NCBI RefSeq assembly: GCF_009834535.1
Contig: NC_045696.1
Coordinates: 69,070,001-69,134,000 of the forward strand
Direction: 5' to 3'
Length of the DNA: 64,000 nt
Source: Camelus ferus
Taxonomy: Eukaryota
Translations under genes and position numbers: made by a program
Notes under the pieces: model-generated
The model's database searches: none
Told to the model about the DNA's origin: nothing
The model's input: only the letters and a program-made list of their open reading frames with translations
In this document: positions 31,947 to 45,100 of the stretch, one piece after another
Layout: the number at the start of each line of letters is the position of its first letter
Numbering within the stretch: the stretch's first letter is position 1

Positions 31947-33738
31947 AAGGTAACTTACACAAGATATAACAACAATCTCTGAACTAATGTATTTCCAACT
32001 TACTAACGTATTTCCAGCAATGTATTTCCAGCCCGTAATTCCCTGAAAGTCTACCTATCCATTTATTTATGTCCCTGGTCTCAGGGGAGTACAATCTGAC
32101 AACTTGTTTTTGCTTACAAGATTTTATCCTCTGTGATCTCAAGATCACGAAATATCTCTGAGGAGCGCTTTAATGTGTAGGTGTTTGCAGGGATCACTTC
32201 CACTGTGCCCACCATGTTCTTCCCTATCCTTTGTGTCACGATCACTTTCCTCACTTACGGTGGTAAGTTCACCTTCACAAAATTCCTCTGGTGCCTAGAG
32301 TCTCAAGAATGGCAGTGGTGTCAACATTCCCAGGTTGGGGGTATCTTCTAACCACATCCAGTTCCACTGCTAGCAATATCACTTTTCCTTGCTTTGCTGC
32401 ACTTCCATTTTTCTTGGCCAATTCTCTTTCTGTCATCCATTTCTGTCATATGTCATGTTCAAGTTTCTAAAGACAATTTAAGATTTTAGAAAAATATATT
32501 AAGTTGGCATTAAAGTTCAATATAATACTATTTTAAAACTTTTATCAGAGAGATCCTATAAATGTATACAAAGGGTAGTGGAGAACTCTACAGGTTCCCA
32601 TAAATTGTAATATTGTCTGAAGTTTTCAAGACCGGTTTCTAATGATGACAGTCATTCAAATAAAAACTCAATCCAGTTGTTTGCCCATATTTTCTGTTTA
32701 TATAGTTTAAGCAATAATAATTTATAAGGCAATTATTTAAAATTTTAGAACTTTAATTTAGCATTTTGTAAAATGCTGAATTTCTCACATGAAATAAAAT
32801 GCTATGTTTGTATTTTTATTTCCTGCATGGCAAAACCAGGAGAAGATACATAGCTATCTTTCACAGCTAGAATATATAAAAGAATTTATTAAAATATCTG
32901 AGTAGTATCACATAAACTTGGCTTATATTTTACTTTTTTAATTCATGTATTTTAAAACTAACATGAAAACTCTATAAGTCTTGGTTAAAAGGAGTTTTAA
33001 AAGTCTTTTCAGTTGGAAGTTGTGTCTTTATAATTAATCATTTCATGAATGAAATGGGTCTCCTGCATTTGTCTATCTTTTCTTTCCCTTTTTATAACTA
33101 CTCATTGTTGGCTTGTCAATTTGCCTACCTCTGTTTTTCACGTTATAAATAAGAGGGACAACAGGTCACTCGATGAAAGTTAAATTTTTCTTTTTCTCCT
33201 CTAAAAACGTTTTTTGAGAATGTTTATATTGGAAAGTAATAGATATACTATTTTCAATTTGTATTAATTTAGTTATCTTTATTTCATAATTTACATGTTT
33301 TAAATTTTATTTTGGTCAGAGAGTTAACTCTCATCTATACTTAAGCTTTTCCACTTGGAAGTCACCTTGTCCCAGGGAAAAAAAAACCCTTTAAGTTTCA
33401 ATTTTCTGAAGACTAATATTTACTTGCTTGATACCTTTCTCTAAGCCCCAGAGTGTCGCTGCACTGCTGGGCACACAGAGTGACAGCCAGCATTTACCTT
33501 TACTCATAGTGGGAGAACTCTCCCTCAAGCTTAATGCCTCACTTCTTTTTGAAAATCTTTACAATCCTTTCCTTTCCCCTAGACTCATAACATCTTAGTA
33601 GTCTTTTGTAACCAATTATAGGAGCTCCACTAAATTTGAGATATTTTACTGGACTTTATTTTCTAATTTCCTCCATGGGTGAGTCGTCCTGTATAATTCA
33701 AAGGCTTCTACCAAGGAAGGCTCTTGTCCTCTGTCTTT

Positions 33739-34130
33739 TGTGGCATAACTACGCTGGTCTTATAGAACAGAAAACTTTTACTGCCAAAGGCTTCATTAAG
33801 GCCAGAGGGTCCCTTTTGGGGGTCCTACATCCTCCTGGGTACAAATGGACTTTCACACAGGAAAAATAATCACAGCCAGATAACCAAAGGAATCAATCAA
33901 CTCTTAGGCAAACTGAAATAATATAGCAGCCCTGTAGGAACAAGGAAAAGAAAGGATGGAAATGTATTCTTTTTAAGAAGAGAAAAGTGCTTTCTCCCAG
34001 TGGCGTTGAGTTTCCTAAAAAGACCTTCACTTCTGTGTTTATCCTCTGGAGGGCAGCATTTCCCCATAGAGGACGAAAGATACCCTGGGGAAAGGTGATG
34101 GCCACTTACGGTCTTTCATGCCTTGTCTCA
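33739..34130 (-). mobile_element. Probable ERV solo LTR
   Basis: TG...CA ends with a near-TSD cttt/tttt; LTR-like composition. Confidence 0.5.
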
Positions 34131-34523
34131 TTTTACTGGCAGTGAGGGAAAACTTGCTTCCTACTGGGGCTGGACTCTCACAAAGAATCCTCACTCACCT
34201 GAGTGAGATTGAAGCTGACTCAGCTCTCACATGTAGAAACACTGATTAAGAAAGGAAGGACTATCGTGAGTCAGCTCCTAGCAGATGGGTCTCCACCCAT
34301 TCTCTGGATCCACATTTGTGATATTAGCCACAGGCAGTCCAGTAACAGCAACAACTAATACCATACTTCCTGAATGTCTTTACCTCTATAGTTTTTCAAC
34401 AATGTATCAGTATTAAAAGCTATTCATATAGTTATTACAATTTTGGATGAATTTATGAAAATCAAATCTATGGGCATAAAAAATGATCATGAAATATGTT
34501 GATTGAAAAAAAATAAGATTATA

Positions 34524-34665
34524 GTGGGAGGGTATAGGTCAGTGGTAGAGTAAATGCTTAGCATGCGCAAGGTCCTGGGTTTAATCCCCAGTACTTCCAT
34601 TAAAATAATTAAGTAAATAAATAAACCTAATTACCTCCCCCAAAACAAATTTAAAAACTTTAAAA
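34524..34665 (+). mobile_element. tRNA-derived SINE (Vic-1-like)
   Basis: gggagggtataggtcagtggtagag...ataaacctaattacctccccc. Confidence 0.88.
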
Positions 34666-35685
34666 GAGGGAGATATATATGTTATAGTCACATCATGATT
34701 TCCTTTCTGGAATACACATACCTACAGATAATTGGAGAGAACATTTCTGGAAAGTCATAACCAAAATTTCAACAGTAGTTTCCTTTGGCTCGTGAGATTA
34801 CAGTAGTTTGTATTCTCTGCTTTACCTTATTCTGTAGTTTCTAAATTTTCCACACTAAACATTAAAGTATGTACTATGAAAGAGTATACAAAAAGCAAGA
34901 AGACATGCTGGGAACCTTAGAGAAAAATTAATAGTGACTTTCAACATTAAAATGAGTATTTAAATGTGAATAGCCTCAGTCCTACATTTTCCTGTCATGT
35001 TCTGGCTTTTATTTATTAACATTTATCTAGCATATAAAACTAACATAACGTCACTTTGGGGTGGATAAGATTTCGGAACTGAGTGGTAGCAGATGTTCAA
35101 AACAGAGACAAAATGCAGGAGAGAGTCACCCACTTGTTACCTTTTCAGGGCGACTCTCAGCAGACGTCAGTGCCTGTAACTCTCTCCTTCTCCTCTTGAA
35201 CCATCGGTTCTATGTTGCCTCATTATAGAATTTTAGACTCTTGGAGGAGGCTAGGCCACACCTGTCCGCTTGTCCTGCCCTCCTACCCCTCTCAGAGATC
35301 CTTCCCGGAATAATTCGAACTTCAGCCTCTTCTTCAGCATCTCCGGGAATGTGGGCCTCGGTACTCTTGCCCAAAATGCTCCCCCTCTTTGTCTGCCTGG
35401 AGAGTTTCTACTCATCAGTCAATATTCAAATGAGGTGCCCAGTTTCTGTGAGGCCCATGTGGTGCAGTCTTTGGTGCTTCTGAGTGTGGACTGTGTGGTC
35501 GGAAAGACCTGGATTCAATCTTTCCTCTCCCCCTAACACCTGCTGTGTGATCTTAGCCAGCTTATCTCACCTCTAGGAGCCTCAATTTTCTTCCCTGTCA
35601 AATGGGGTTCGCAGATGTACGGGCTTTTCAGGTGGGGTCCGGCAGACGGAAAGCAAAAAGTGGTAACTGCTGCTGTTCGCAACAT

Positions 35686-36031
35686 CAGTGGTTTCAGCCC
35701 TGACCTGCATATTAACACCACCTGCAGAGCTTTTAGAACATGGTTTAATAGGTCTGGGGTGATTCTCCTAACAAGGTATATATATATTTTAAAAGTTGCC
35801 CAAGTGATTCTAATGTATAGCCTGCCAGGTTGGAAACTGAAACTAGTAGCTCTGAAAATATGGTACCTGGACCAGCTGTACCAGCATCTCCTGGGAACCT
35901 GCTAGAAACTCAAGCTCCAGGGCCCCGCCACAGGCTTACTGGATGAGAAGCTCTGGAAATGGGCCCCAGGAGTCTGGCTTCAACAGGCCTTCCAGGAGGT
36001 TCTGATGCATGCGGAAGTCTGTGAATTGCTG
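35686..36031. mobile_element. Two adjacent MER5-type hAT-Charlie relics
   Basis: cagcatctcctgggaacctgctagaaa...caggaggttctgatgcatgc motifs; similar relics at about 38380-38525 and 45222-45380. Confidence 0.75.
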
Positions 36032-37579
36032 CACTAGATTCTAAGCCAAGTAAAGGGGACAACTGTTTGTCTTGTTCAATGCCATATTCTCAGGGCTTAA
36101 TGCTGTGCTGTACGCAAAAGCAGTTCAGTTCAATTCAAGAAATGTCGACTGAGCACGAATTTTCTTTAAGGCACTGTGCCTCAGCCGGGCCCTGGGAACA
36201 GATGCTGTATGAGACAGGTGCCCGTCCTCTCAGCCTGCTTACAGCCTCTCAGGCTCGACGCTTCCTTCCTGCCCTCACCGCCCCTTAAAGACACCTCTAC
36301 CTGCTATTGTCATCTTTATGCTGATTTATAGATATTTTTCTATGTCTGTGTCCCCCATTAAACTGATCCCCTTAGGGCAGGAATGGATTTTACTCATTTG
36401 CTTAGGAGATGCTCAAAGGCAGTTGCATTGCTGGGCCTGGCTCTGCATTCAGAAGCAGTGGAATGTGTCCCCCTCATGAAGAAGGATGGGGGGCAAAGCC
36501 TGGTGTGTCAGTCAAGGTTTGATTAGGGATGCAGAACCACTCAGGATTACGGTACAAGGGGTTTCTCTGAGACATTGGACTTTACACTCTTGTGGCAGGA
36601 GCTTAGGAAGGAAGATCCAGGGAAAAGGAGTTGGAGGATCAGAGAAAAGTGACAAATCAGCCTTCCTCAGACACTGTGGCTTTGGAAAGCTGGAGCTTTT
36701 AGGGAAATCGGGACAAGCACCTCCAGCTGCCAGAGGGACAGCGAAGGGGTTAGTGGAGAAATTGGGGAAGGCTGTTGCCCTGGTTGGCCTAGTGTGGCTG
36801 TAGGTCCACGTGGCCAGGGATGGGGTGGGAGTCACATAGAGAATGGGGGATCATCATTCCTGTAAGCCTTTGTCTCAAGTATTTCCCCCAGAACTTCTTC
36901 AGGAAATGGATGTCATTTGGCTGATATCTGCTTAGTGATTCCAGGCTGCTTAATTTACTGAACAGAGGTAGTAATTTATTTTTAAAGATAAAGTGATTAA
37001 GTGGGGGAAATTTATAAAGCTAAACATTATACATTTTATTTTTCATACATGTTTGAAGTACAAAACTGTGGAAACCATTTGTAGGACCAAGTTGACATGC
37101 CCATTGTATGCTACAAGAACTCTTCTGATCATGGAATTTTGATTAAAGTGCACTAAATGATGAAAAAAAAAAAAAAAAAAGCAGGGGAGGATGAGGCCAG
37201 GCAGGGCGCTCAGCACCTCCGCATCGCAGCCCACTGCATCTATCCCATGAATTCCAAGAGCAGTGGTTCCGCTTCCTTCCATCTTCTGTATCATATATGA
37301 GTTTCTCCTCTGAACAACTCTAGCCTAGAGCCATACAGCAAAGGCACTTCTTGGAAACATAAGTCCTGTTTGGCCAAGCTGACACAGTACTAAATCACCC
37401 AGCTGGTAAATATTACTTACCTATAAATTAGTATTTATATTCTTTCCAGGAGCTACTGTTCCACCCATTTTTAACAGGCACGATAGAATAGTGATATTTC
37501 CAGATGCTCAATAGGGTAGCATCTCCAAATGCTATATAGGAAAGATTAAAGACAGGATTAGGGGAGAGTTAAAAACTCC

Positions 37580-37645
37580 GTGGTAGAGCACATGCTTAGC
37601 ATGCACGAGGTCCTGGCTTCTACCCCCAGCACCTCCGTAAGAAAG
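37580..37645 (+). mobile_element. Truncated tRNA-derived SINE (Vic-1-like)
   Basis: gtggtagagcacatgcttagcatgcacgaggtcctggcttc. Confidence 0.75.
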
Positions 37646-38939
37646 TTAGGGGAGCTGTTATAACAAAGGACTGTTGCTGGATTCAGGTTTCTCATTCAGT
37701 AGTAGAAACAGAAGTTAAGGTTACTTTCAGAGGATAATTTATTTCCTTTATGTTCTTTTTGACATAAGGCATCCTGTAACTGCTGATTTCCACAGGTTTC
37801 CCACCAGCTTAGTCCATGAGTATCTAATGATACTCCCCTGTTTGCGTGGCCAGTGCCACAGATACCAGGATAAATAAACTGATTTGAGGTGGGATGGAGT
37901 AGTGTTTATACTCCATCTGTGTATTGATTTCATATGCATATTCAGTTACTGAGATAATTTAAATTATGTATATTTGAGGTCAGTTTTTTTAAGTGAGTTA
38001 CTAGAAAGCACATACCAGCTCCCCATTTCCTTGTTTGTGTTAATGGCATCACCATTCCCTTAGGTCCCTAGACTGGAAAACTTTTTGTCATCTTTGATTT
38101 ATTCCTGTTTTTCATTCTTCATACTCAGTAAGTAATTTGTTCCCACGTCTTTGAAATTCCATTCATACACATCTTGCACTCTCCACTCTTACTGCAACAA
38201 TCCTAATGAATGTAATACTTACAGTCATCCGCGTGTCCATCCACCCATCCATCCATTTATTCACCTATCCCTTGTGAGTTTCATAACTCTCCTATTTTCA
38301 AAAATATTTGGAAGAGTTAATAAAATAGAACCATGTGAAACCAGATAAAGAGTAAAAAGAGAACAGAGAGGGCCTAAATCAGTTGTTCTCACCCTAGGAT
38401 GTATTAGAATCAATGGAGAACTTCTGAAAAATAGTTACACTGAGGACTGTTTCCAGAGATTTGGATTCATATGGCCTAGAGCTCCCTAGGTGATTCCACT
38501 GCGCAGCCAAGCTTGTGAAACTGTGGAATCAGAAATGAGGGAGTAGCTATTACCGGTCACTTGACATGAGCTGATGAGAACATTTGAGTTCTGAGTATGG
38601 CTGCAAAGGCAAAAAGGAATATATGCTGTGTTAAACACATTCCATTGTCTGACAAAACATTTTCCCCCCACAGAGTTAAACTCTAAAAGTAATATATTGC
38701 GTATCCCTTAGTAATGCAAGAATAGCTACTCTTTACTGGGTGCTTGCCGTGTGCCAAGCATCATGCTAATTAAAGGACTTAACATTCTGAAGTCTCACAA
38801 CACACCTCTGATGTGAGTATATCACTAACCTAGTATCTTGGATAAGGACATTGGGGTCTTGAGAAGTTAGATAAATTGCCAGCTTTTGGACTCAGGCTGT
38901 CTAAATGCAGAACCCTGATTCCTTTTTTTTTTCCTGCTT

Positions 38940-39351
38940 AAAATTTTATTTTATTTTATTTATTTTTGTATATATTTTTTTATTGAAGTATAGTCAGTTT
39001 GCAATGTTGTATCATTTTCTTATGTACAGTATAATGCTTCTGTCATACATGAACTTACATATATTCGTTTTCATATTCTTTTTCACCGTAAGTTACTACA
39101 AGGTGTTGAATATAGTTCCCTGTGCTATACAGTGTGAACTTGTTTATCTATTTTATATGTATTAGTATCTGCAAATCTGGAACTTCCAGTTTATCCCTTC
39201 CTACCCACTTCCTCTCTTGGTAACCATAAGTTTGTTTTCTATGTCTGTGAGTCTGTTTCTGTTCTGTAAATAAGTTCATTTGTCTTTTTTTTTTTTTTTT
39301 TGAGATTTCACATATAAGTGGTATCATATGGCATTTTTCTTTCTCTTTCTG
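38940..39351 (-). mobile_element. L1 3' end (artiodactyl-type 3' UTR)
   Basis: ttgaagtatagtcagtttgcaatgttg...ggtaaccataagtttgttttctatgtctgtgagtc. Confidence 0.88.
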
Positions 39352-40275
39352 GCAGAACCCTGATTCTTAATGACTTCGCTCTACTCCCTATCATGTGAGA
39401 ATGCTGAGCATTACCTCCAATGCAAGCTTCACAGAAGACTGGAGATTCTTGTACAATAAAGACTGATGGTAAATAATTCAACAAAAGCATTTTTGCAAGG
39501 TGTTGAAATAGTATTTTGCTTTCTGATCATCTCACATTGTAGAGGGAGACACGGGGACTTGTGGAAGGCTAGATTGTTATCATATCCACTGGATCCTCTC
39601 AAGTCTTCTGATAGGAGCCCTGGAGCGGCCTGACCCCTTGCCCGAGGTAGAGCACAGAGCACTGGCAGAGAGGGTGGAGCTTGAGTACAGGACAGACTGG
39701 ATGAAACCAAGAAGTATTGTTTTTCAGAACCAGGCTTAGAAGCAGGAAGTGGAAGATGGGGTATAAAGCCAATTAGGTCATCCTGCTTGAGGTGCTAGGC
39801 CTAGACAAGGTGAGGGAAGTGGGTTAGGTTGGACAAGAGGAAATTCCTGCACTGAAGAGAAGCACAGATGGATGAGGCTGTGTGGTTCCAGAGCCAAGGT
39901 CATGAACGTGGGTGTGCCTTTGGTTCGGGAGTGGGAGGAGGGTGCAGATATCTCAGGAGAGTGAAAGGTAGAGGCTGGGTCACAGGAGACTCATGATAAA
40001 ATATATCTGACAAAGGTCTGGGGTGGAGATACCTCCAGGTGTTGAGTAAAGTGAGAACTGTAGATTTTCTATACCAGCTCTGAGAGCTCATTCTTCTGTT
40101 AAAATATGGATGGTCTGGAGACACCTGGCACACAGCCTTCAGTCCAGTCTCATGTCACTCTGATCAGTGCTCCAGGATCTTCAGAATAATAGGTATATAA
40201 CTCTTTTAGCACATTTTAGCTCAAGAAATGTAAAAGGTGCTCTACTACTGCCCACTTTGATCAAAACTCCCACTT

Positions 40276-40503
40276 GGGATAAACAACAAGGTCCTACTGT
40301 AGAGCACAGGGAACTATGTTCAATACCTTATAATAGCCTATAATGAAAAAAGAATATGACATGGAATATATATATGTACACACACACACATATATATATA
40401 AAAACTGAATCACTGTGCTATACATCAGAAATTAACATATTGTAAATTGACTATGCTTCAGTAAAATAAAATAAAATAAAATAAAATAAAATAAAATAAA
40501 ATA
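40276..40503 (+). mobile_element. Short 5'-truncated L1 with a (TAAAA)n tail
   Basis: 13-bp TSD aaaactcccactt at 40263-40275 and 40504-40516. Confidence 0.9.
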
Positions 40504-41936
40504 AAAACTCCCACTTAGGCTTTATTTTATCTTTCCAGGTTGGTCCTTCTGCCTCTTCAACATCTTCCTGTTACGTTAGTCAGGTTCACTGCTCCACATA
40601 TGATCATGGCTTGGATCAAATGTTGGTTTCAAATGCTTTAGTCTTGGCTTCCCAATGTGATTGTAAGCTGTTCGAGGGAAAGCATTTATATCTCTTAAAA
40701 TTGATTTCCCCTCATTTGCCTTGAGGTTCCCATAGGCTGAATACGTGACCATGAGTGGACTAGAGATGAGTCAAAGCACCTGGTCACCACACGTGTGCTC
40801 TGAGCACCTGGGCCCAAAATGTGATCAGCCAGCTGGCATTGAAACTAAGGCTGACAAAAAAGGATGCTTACATCAATTTCTGTCAGCTTATTGATGGTAT
40901 CTTTGTCTTCCTTTGTAATTCTTTAAAATGACTGCAGATTTCTCTTCATTGAGTTTCTCTTCAATTTAAACAGTGCAACGGAGTGGGATGTTTTAAATAA
41001 AAACTCAGTATTAAAAAGAATTAAAATAAAATTCCTCTTTTTCTCAGGACTGACTATGGTAAACAGTCAGTGCATGCCACTTGACTTCATTATAGTTTAT
41101 CCTGAGCAGTGTTCAGAACAGCCCCAGCCACAGTGAACTATTTCATAAGGGTTTTGGATAGAGATAATAATCATCCCAGAATCAGAAATCATCTTGACGT
41201 GTTTTGTGTGTGTGTGTGTATGACAACACTGATGATAAAGACTTGTGATAACACGGGGTAACAGAGTTCAAAAGGTCTGAATGTGAATGCCAGCTTGGTC
41301 ACATATTAAGTTTGTGACCCTGGGTTGGGCTCTGTGAGCCAGTTTCCTCGTTGTAAAAGAAAGGTGACCACGGGGGCCTCAGAGTAGTTGTGAGAATGAA
41401 CTTACACACCAAAAGGAGCATTTAATACCTGTGTTTTATGACAGAAAACAATCTAAATCTCTTTTTTTCCCTTCTACTGGTTTTCTATTTGCTCCTTTAC
41501 CTGGATCAGAAAGATAATTTTAAATTTTCTTTAAAATTTTTTAAGACTAGGTATTTTCTGCTAATGAGAAGTTGGTAGACATATTAACAAAAGATTTTTT
41601 TTTCTTTTTCAGTAATTGTCTGGATCAATGGATAAAAAATGATAATAAAACGAGACAAATTAATCTCAGCTTTGTGCTGGGGATCAGGAGAAGGAGAAAG
41701 GAGGGAAGGGAGAAAGAGAGATTGGTGGTAGAAACATGACCCACTAACCCTCGATTGAGCATCCGCGATGAGGTCTCTGTGGTACGGAAGCCCCACGTAA
41801 GGGACACTGCCTCGGCTGGCAGGAGCCTCAGAGCCTGAGCACTGGCTCTCTGATCAGCTGGATTTTGCTGCAGGTTGAGTGTGACTCAAAAGAGACCACT
41901 GTGAGTAAACCAGGAGGGAGAACATCAAGACGGAAC

Positions 41937-41942
41937 TTTATT
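41937..41942 (-). terminator. KNG1: KNG1 LMW polyadenylation signal
   Basis: First AATAAA after the exon 11 stop codon. Confidence 0.75.
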
Positions 41943-42075
41943 TCGCCCAGCGACAGAGTGATGAAATGGCGTTCTTCTCTATTTAACCTCTCTCCCATCT
42001 TCTTGTCCTTCCACGCGGGGCTGCTGACAGAGCTTCCTGGGGCTATTGTGCCAGGCGTGGAGATTCTGCCCCTGG

Positions 42076-42156
42076 TCAATTGACCTCACTCTCAGGTGCT
42101 GGCTCTGCCCCTGCCTCCCATGGTTGGCCCTTGTACTCGCAGGACCTGAGGTGCCT
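42076..42156 (-). CDS. KNG1: KNG1 exon 11 (LMW-specific light chain)
   Basis: cag|[26 protein letters not shown] then TGA. Confidence 0.93.
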   Translation of the reverse strand, partial: RHLRSCEYKGQPWEAGAEPAPESEVN

Positions 42157-45100
42157 CTGTAAGTATAGTAAAACTCCGTTAATCGGATGTTCTCACTCAA
42201 ACAGAGGAGAGTGAAGCAACCAGTTGACAAGATGAGACTTCTTCCTGACATCACTGGTTCTTTATTTGAAAGTACAGATAATATTTGAAAAGAAAGAAAA
42301 ACTCAGAGGCTCAAATGCATCCAATAAATTGAAGCAGCAGTGACACATGCATCCACAGGTGTGTGTCACTGTCTAAAGCCCTGTCTTGTTCCCCAGGCAA
42401 AAGCGCAGCAAGGGTTATACAGTAGATGCTCCCCTCACATTGGAAGGCAATGAAAGATGATCTTTTGCAAAAGTCAGTATTCTTCAATGTTGTAGCAAAA
42501 AACAAAACCAATAATAATGTGATTAAAAAGTGAGGCCAGAGAGGAATTTTTTAAAATTTCTGAGCAAAATTTGCATCACATCTCATGATATTTCCTTATC
42601 AATTACAAAAAAAGATTCCCTTCAGCCCACCTGCCTTTCTATTACTTCCTCTGCTCTCCATCCTTATCATTAAACTCAGAGCTGCTAAAAACTAAGGATT
42701 ACTCAGTGGAGCCTTGGCAACAAATAAACAGAAAGCTCCTATTTGAAAGCCCTGCTGCAAAGTGTAGTTAATGAGTAAACAGAAATTACTGACTTTTGAG
42801 AAACCCTCTCACCCAGAAAGGGAACTATCAGAATAATTTTGGCAAGTGGGAGTAACTGTTTGCCATAATTAGCCCATTTTGGAAACAGAAAGCCAATGAA
42901 TGTTCTTCCCCTGCCCTCCTTTCGGCTAATCTGTCTTTCTCATTTGTTGTCTCTCTGTGACCTCTGGAGGTTTTAATTATTATTTTTCCCCCATTAAGAA
43001 GTTCAGCATTCATTCTCTTGACTTCCTTTATTTTCACATGTGTTCCAGGACCAGATGCCACACTTTATTCAGAATGTCAAGAATCTTTCTATGAAAATGG
43101 ATGACGTACGTTTTAAGGTACACATTCATTATCAGAAAAGCAAACTGCAGTAGGCCGTGCAGTAGGTCACGTTAGTCTGTCCGTTTTCTGTGCTAGTTAA
43201 GACAACTTGTGGGGAAGACTCAGAAAGGATTTCGAATTCTACAGTTTTATGTCATCCCTAGAGATTGATGGTGTCCCCATCGGGAGTCTCACCATTTCTC
43301 TCTAGGCTGTCCTGAACGTTCATGGTTTTTGTTGCATTATATCAGGATATTTGGACAATGAAAAAAGGGAAGGATGCAGTGTTAAAGAAATACCCATGAC
43401 TGCGTAAATTAATAAACAGCATCAGAGAGACTGAAATCATGAAATTCTTTCATCTCCACAGTGGGATTCACTCCATTAACTGGTTTCCAGGGGCGTCCAG
43501 GACATTTGGGGGAGGTTGTTTCTGGAAAATCCGAAATGAGCCCAAATGAAAGGCCATTTGGCTCTATCTGTATTTCAGGGATCCAATCATCATCCTCAGT
43601 CGCTGTGGGAGGCGGTAGTGTATTAGGCATCACAGCTGCAATGAGATCTGAGTCCTGAAAGTCAGGAAGGGTGATGGCTGCACCTGGCTGGGCTAAGGAA
43701 GGGAGGGGTGGCCCTTCAGTCTTCTCTTGTGTCTGTGGAGAAGAGGTAGCACTATCTTCATAAAAACTTGCCAAATGCTCTGGTCTCCAACCATTGTGTT
43801 TTCCATTGTTCTTTCCTTTATTTTTATGTTTTCCATGACCATGACCATGCCCGTGTTTATGTCCATGGGCTGGGCCATGTCCCTTTGGATGTCCATGGGC
43901 TGGGTCATGTCCCTTTGGATGTCCATGGGCTGGGCCATGTCCCTTTTGGTGTCCATGGCCAAGGCCATGACCCTTTAGGTGCTCAGGGCCTTGGTCATGC
44001 TCATGTTTATGGCCATGGCCAAGGCCATGTTTTATTCGCTTTTCATGGCCCCCGCCATGCCCATGAGTGGGTCTTTGTTCTTTCCCTGAATCCCACTCTT
44101 CATCTTGTACAGGTGCCATGGAAGTGTGGGGTGGACTTACAGTTTTTCCTTCTTCGGTTTTATTCACTCCTACTGATCGAAAAGGCGAAAAGCCTGGAGG
44201 CCTTTTCATCATTGAGGTCTAAACAGGAAATATTAGATGAACACATTACTGTGAAAGTCACACTGTCAATGAAGAAAGGAAGGGGACCTGGCAATGCTAT
44301 CTCAGTTTACAGTGGGGCATGTCTTTGCCAGATTTTAAATACTACATTAATAGTTCAGAAAGGATGAGAATGAATATTTTTCCTCTTTTGATTGATTTTA
44401 TAATTTGGGGATATTGATTATTGTTCTTCATAATATGATAAACTGGAGAATTTTTTCTTTATCTGGGAAAAATTGGATGGTTGAACTACATAACCTCTAG
44501 AGTATCTTCTAAGCCTATGATTACATAAAACCATAGCACATTATTTATTAATGGATACTATTTCTATTAGCACAATTACTGCTTTTGTCCAAAAACTAAC
44601 TGGCTTTATGAACAGAATATATAGGGAGCATACATATATCCACAATCACTCTGTTGAGCTAGGACACATTAGAATATGTTCCCAAGCTTGAAACACAGCC
44701 TTTGTATAATGTTTGTGTTAGGCTATATACATACCTACACATGGCAAAAGCCTAAATCAGAACAAAGGGGGCAGAGGCAACCTGCATCAAAGAAAGGGAT
44801 CTATGGATGATTTTCTGCATACATTTTCACTACCTGCGGGAACATGGTGGTTGGAGGCAGTGTTTGGTGATGAAAAGAGCATGGTGTTTGAAGTCAGACA
44901 AGCCAGACCCTACTAGTTATCAACATCATGGTGAACAGAGTGGGCTCTGACTTGACTTAGATCTGAATCTGAGCACCACTAGCTTCACTTTCCTCATCTG
45001 TTAAATGGGAATAACAGCACCCGCCTCAGAGTTATCAGGAGGAGAATATATGTGAAGTCCTCAGTACAGTGCCTGGGATGGCAGAAGCACTTGATACAGT

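Noticed and set aside
43861..44040. Regular 30-bp periodicity as a CRISPR-like array
   Set aside because: Head-to-tail units without spacers, inside a eukaryotic coding exon.
44031..44164. Two AATAAA hexamers inside KNG1 exon 10 coding sequence
   Set aside because: Produced by Asn-Lys and Arg-Ile-Lys codons, with no clear U/GU-rich downstream element.
43693..44367. Antisense and alternative-frame ORFs with repeats ([20 protein letters not shown])
   Set aside because: Shadows of the 30-bp KNG1 coding repeat; no independent promoter or splice evidence.
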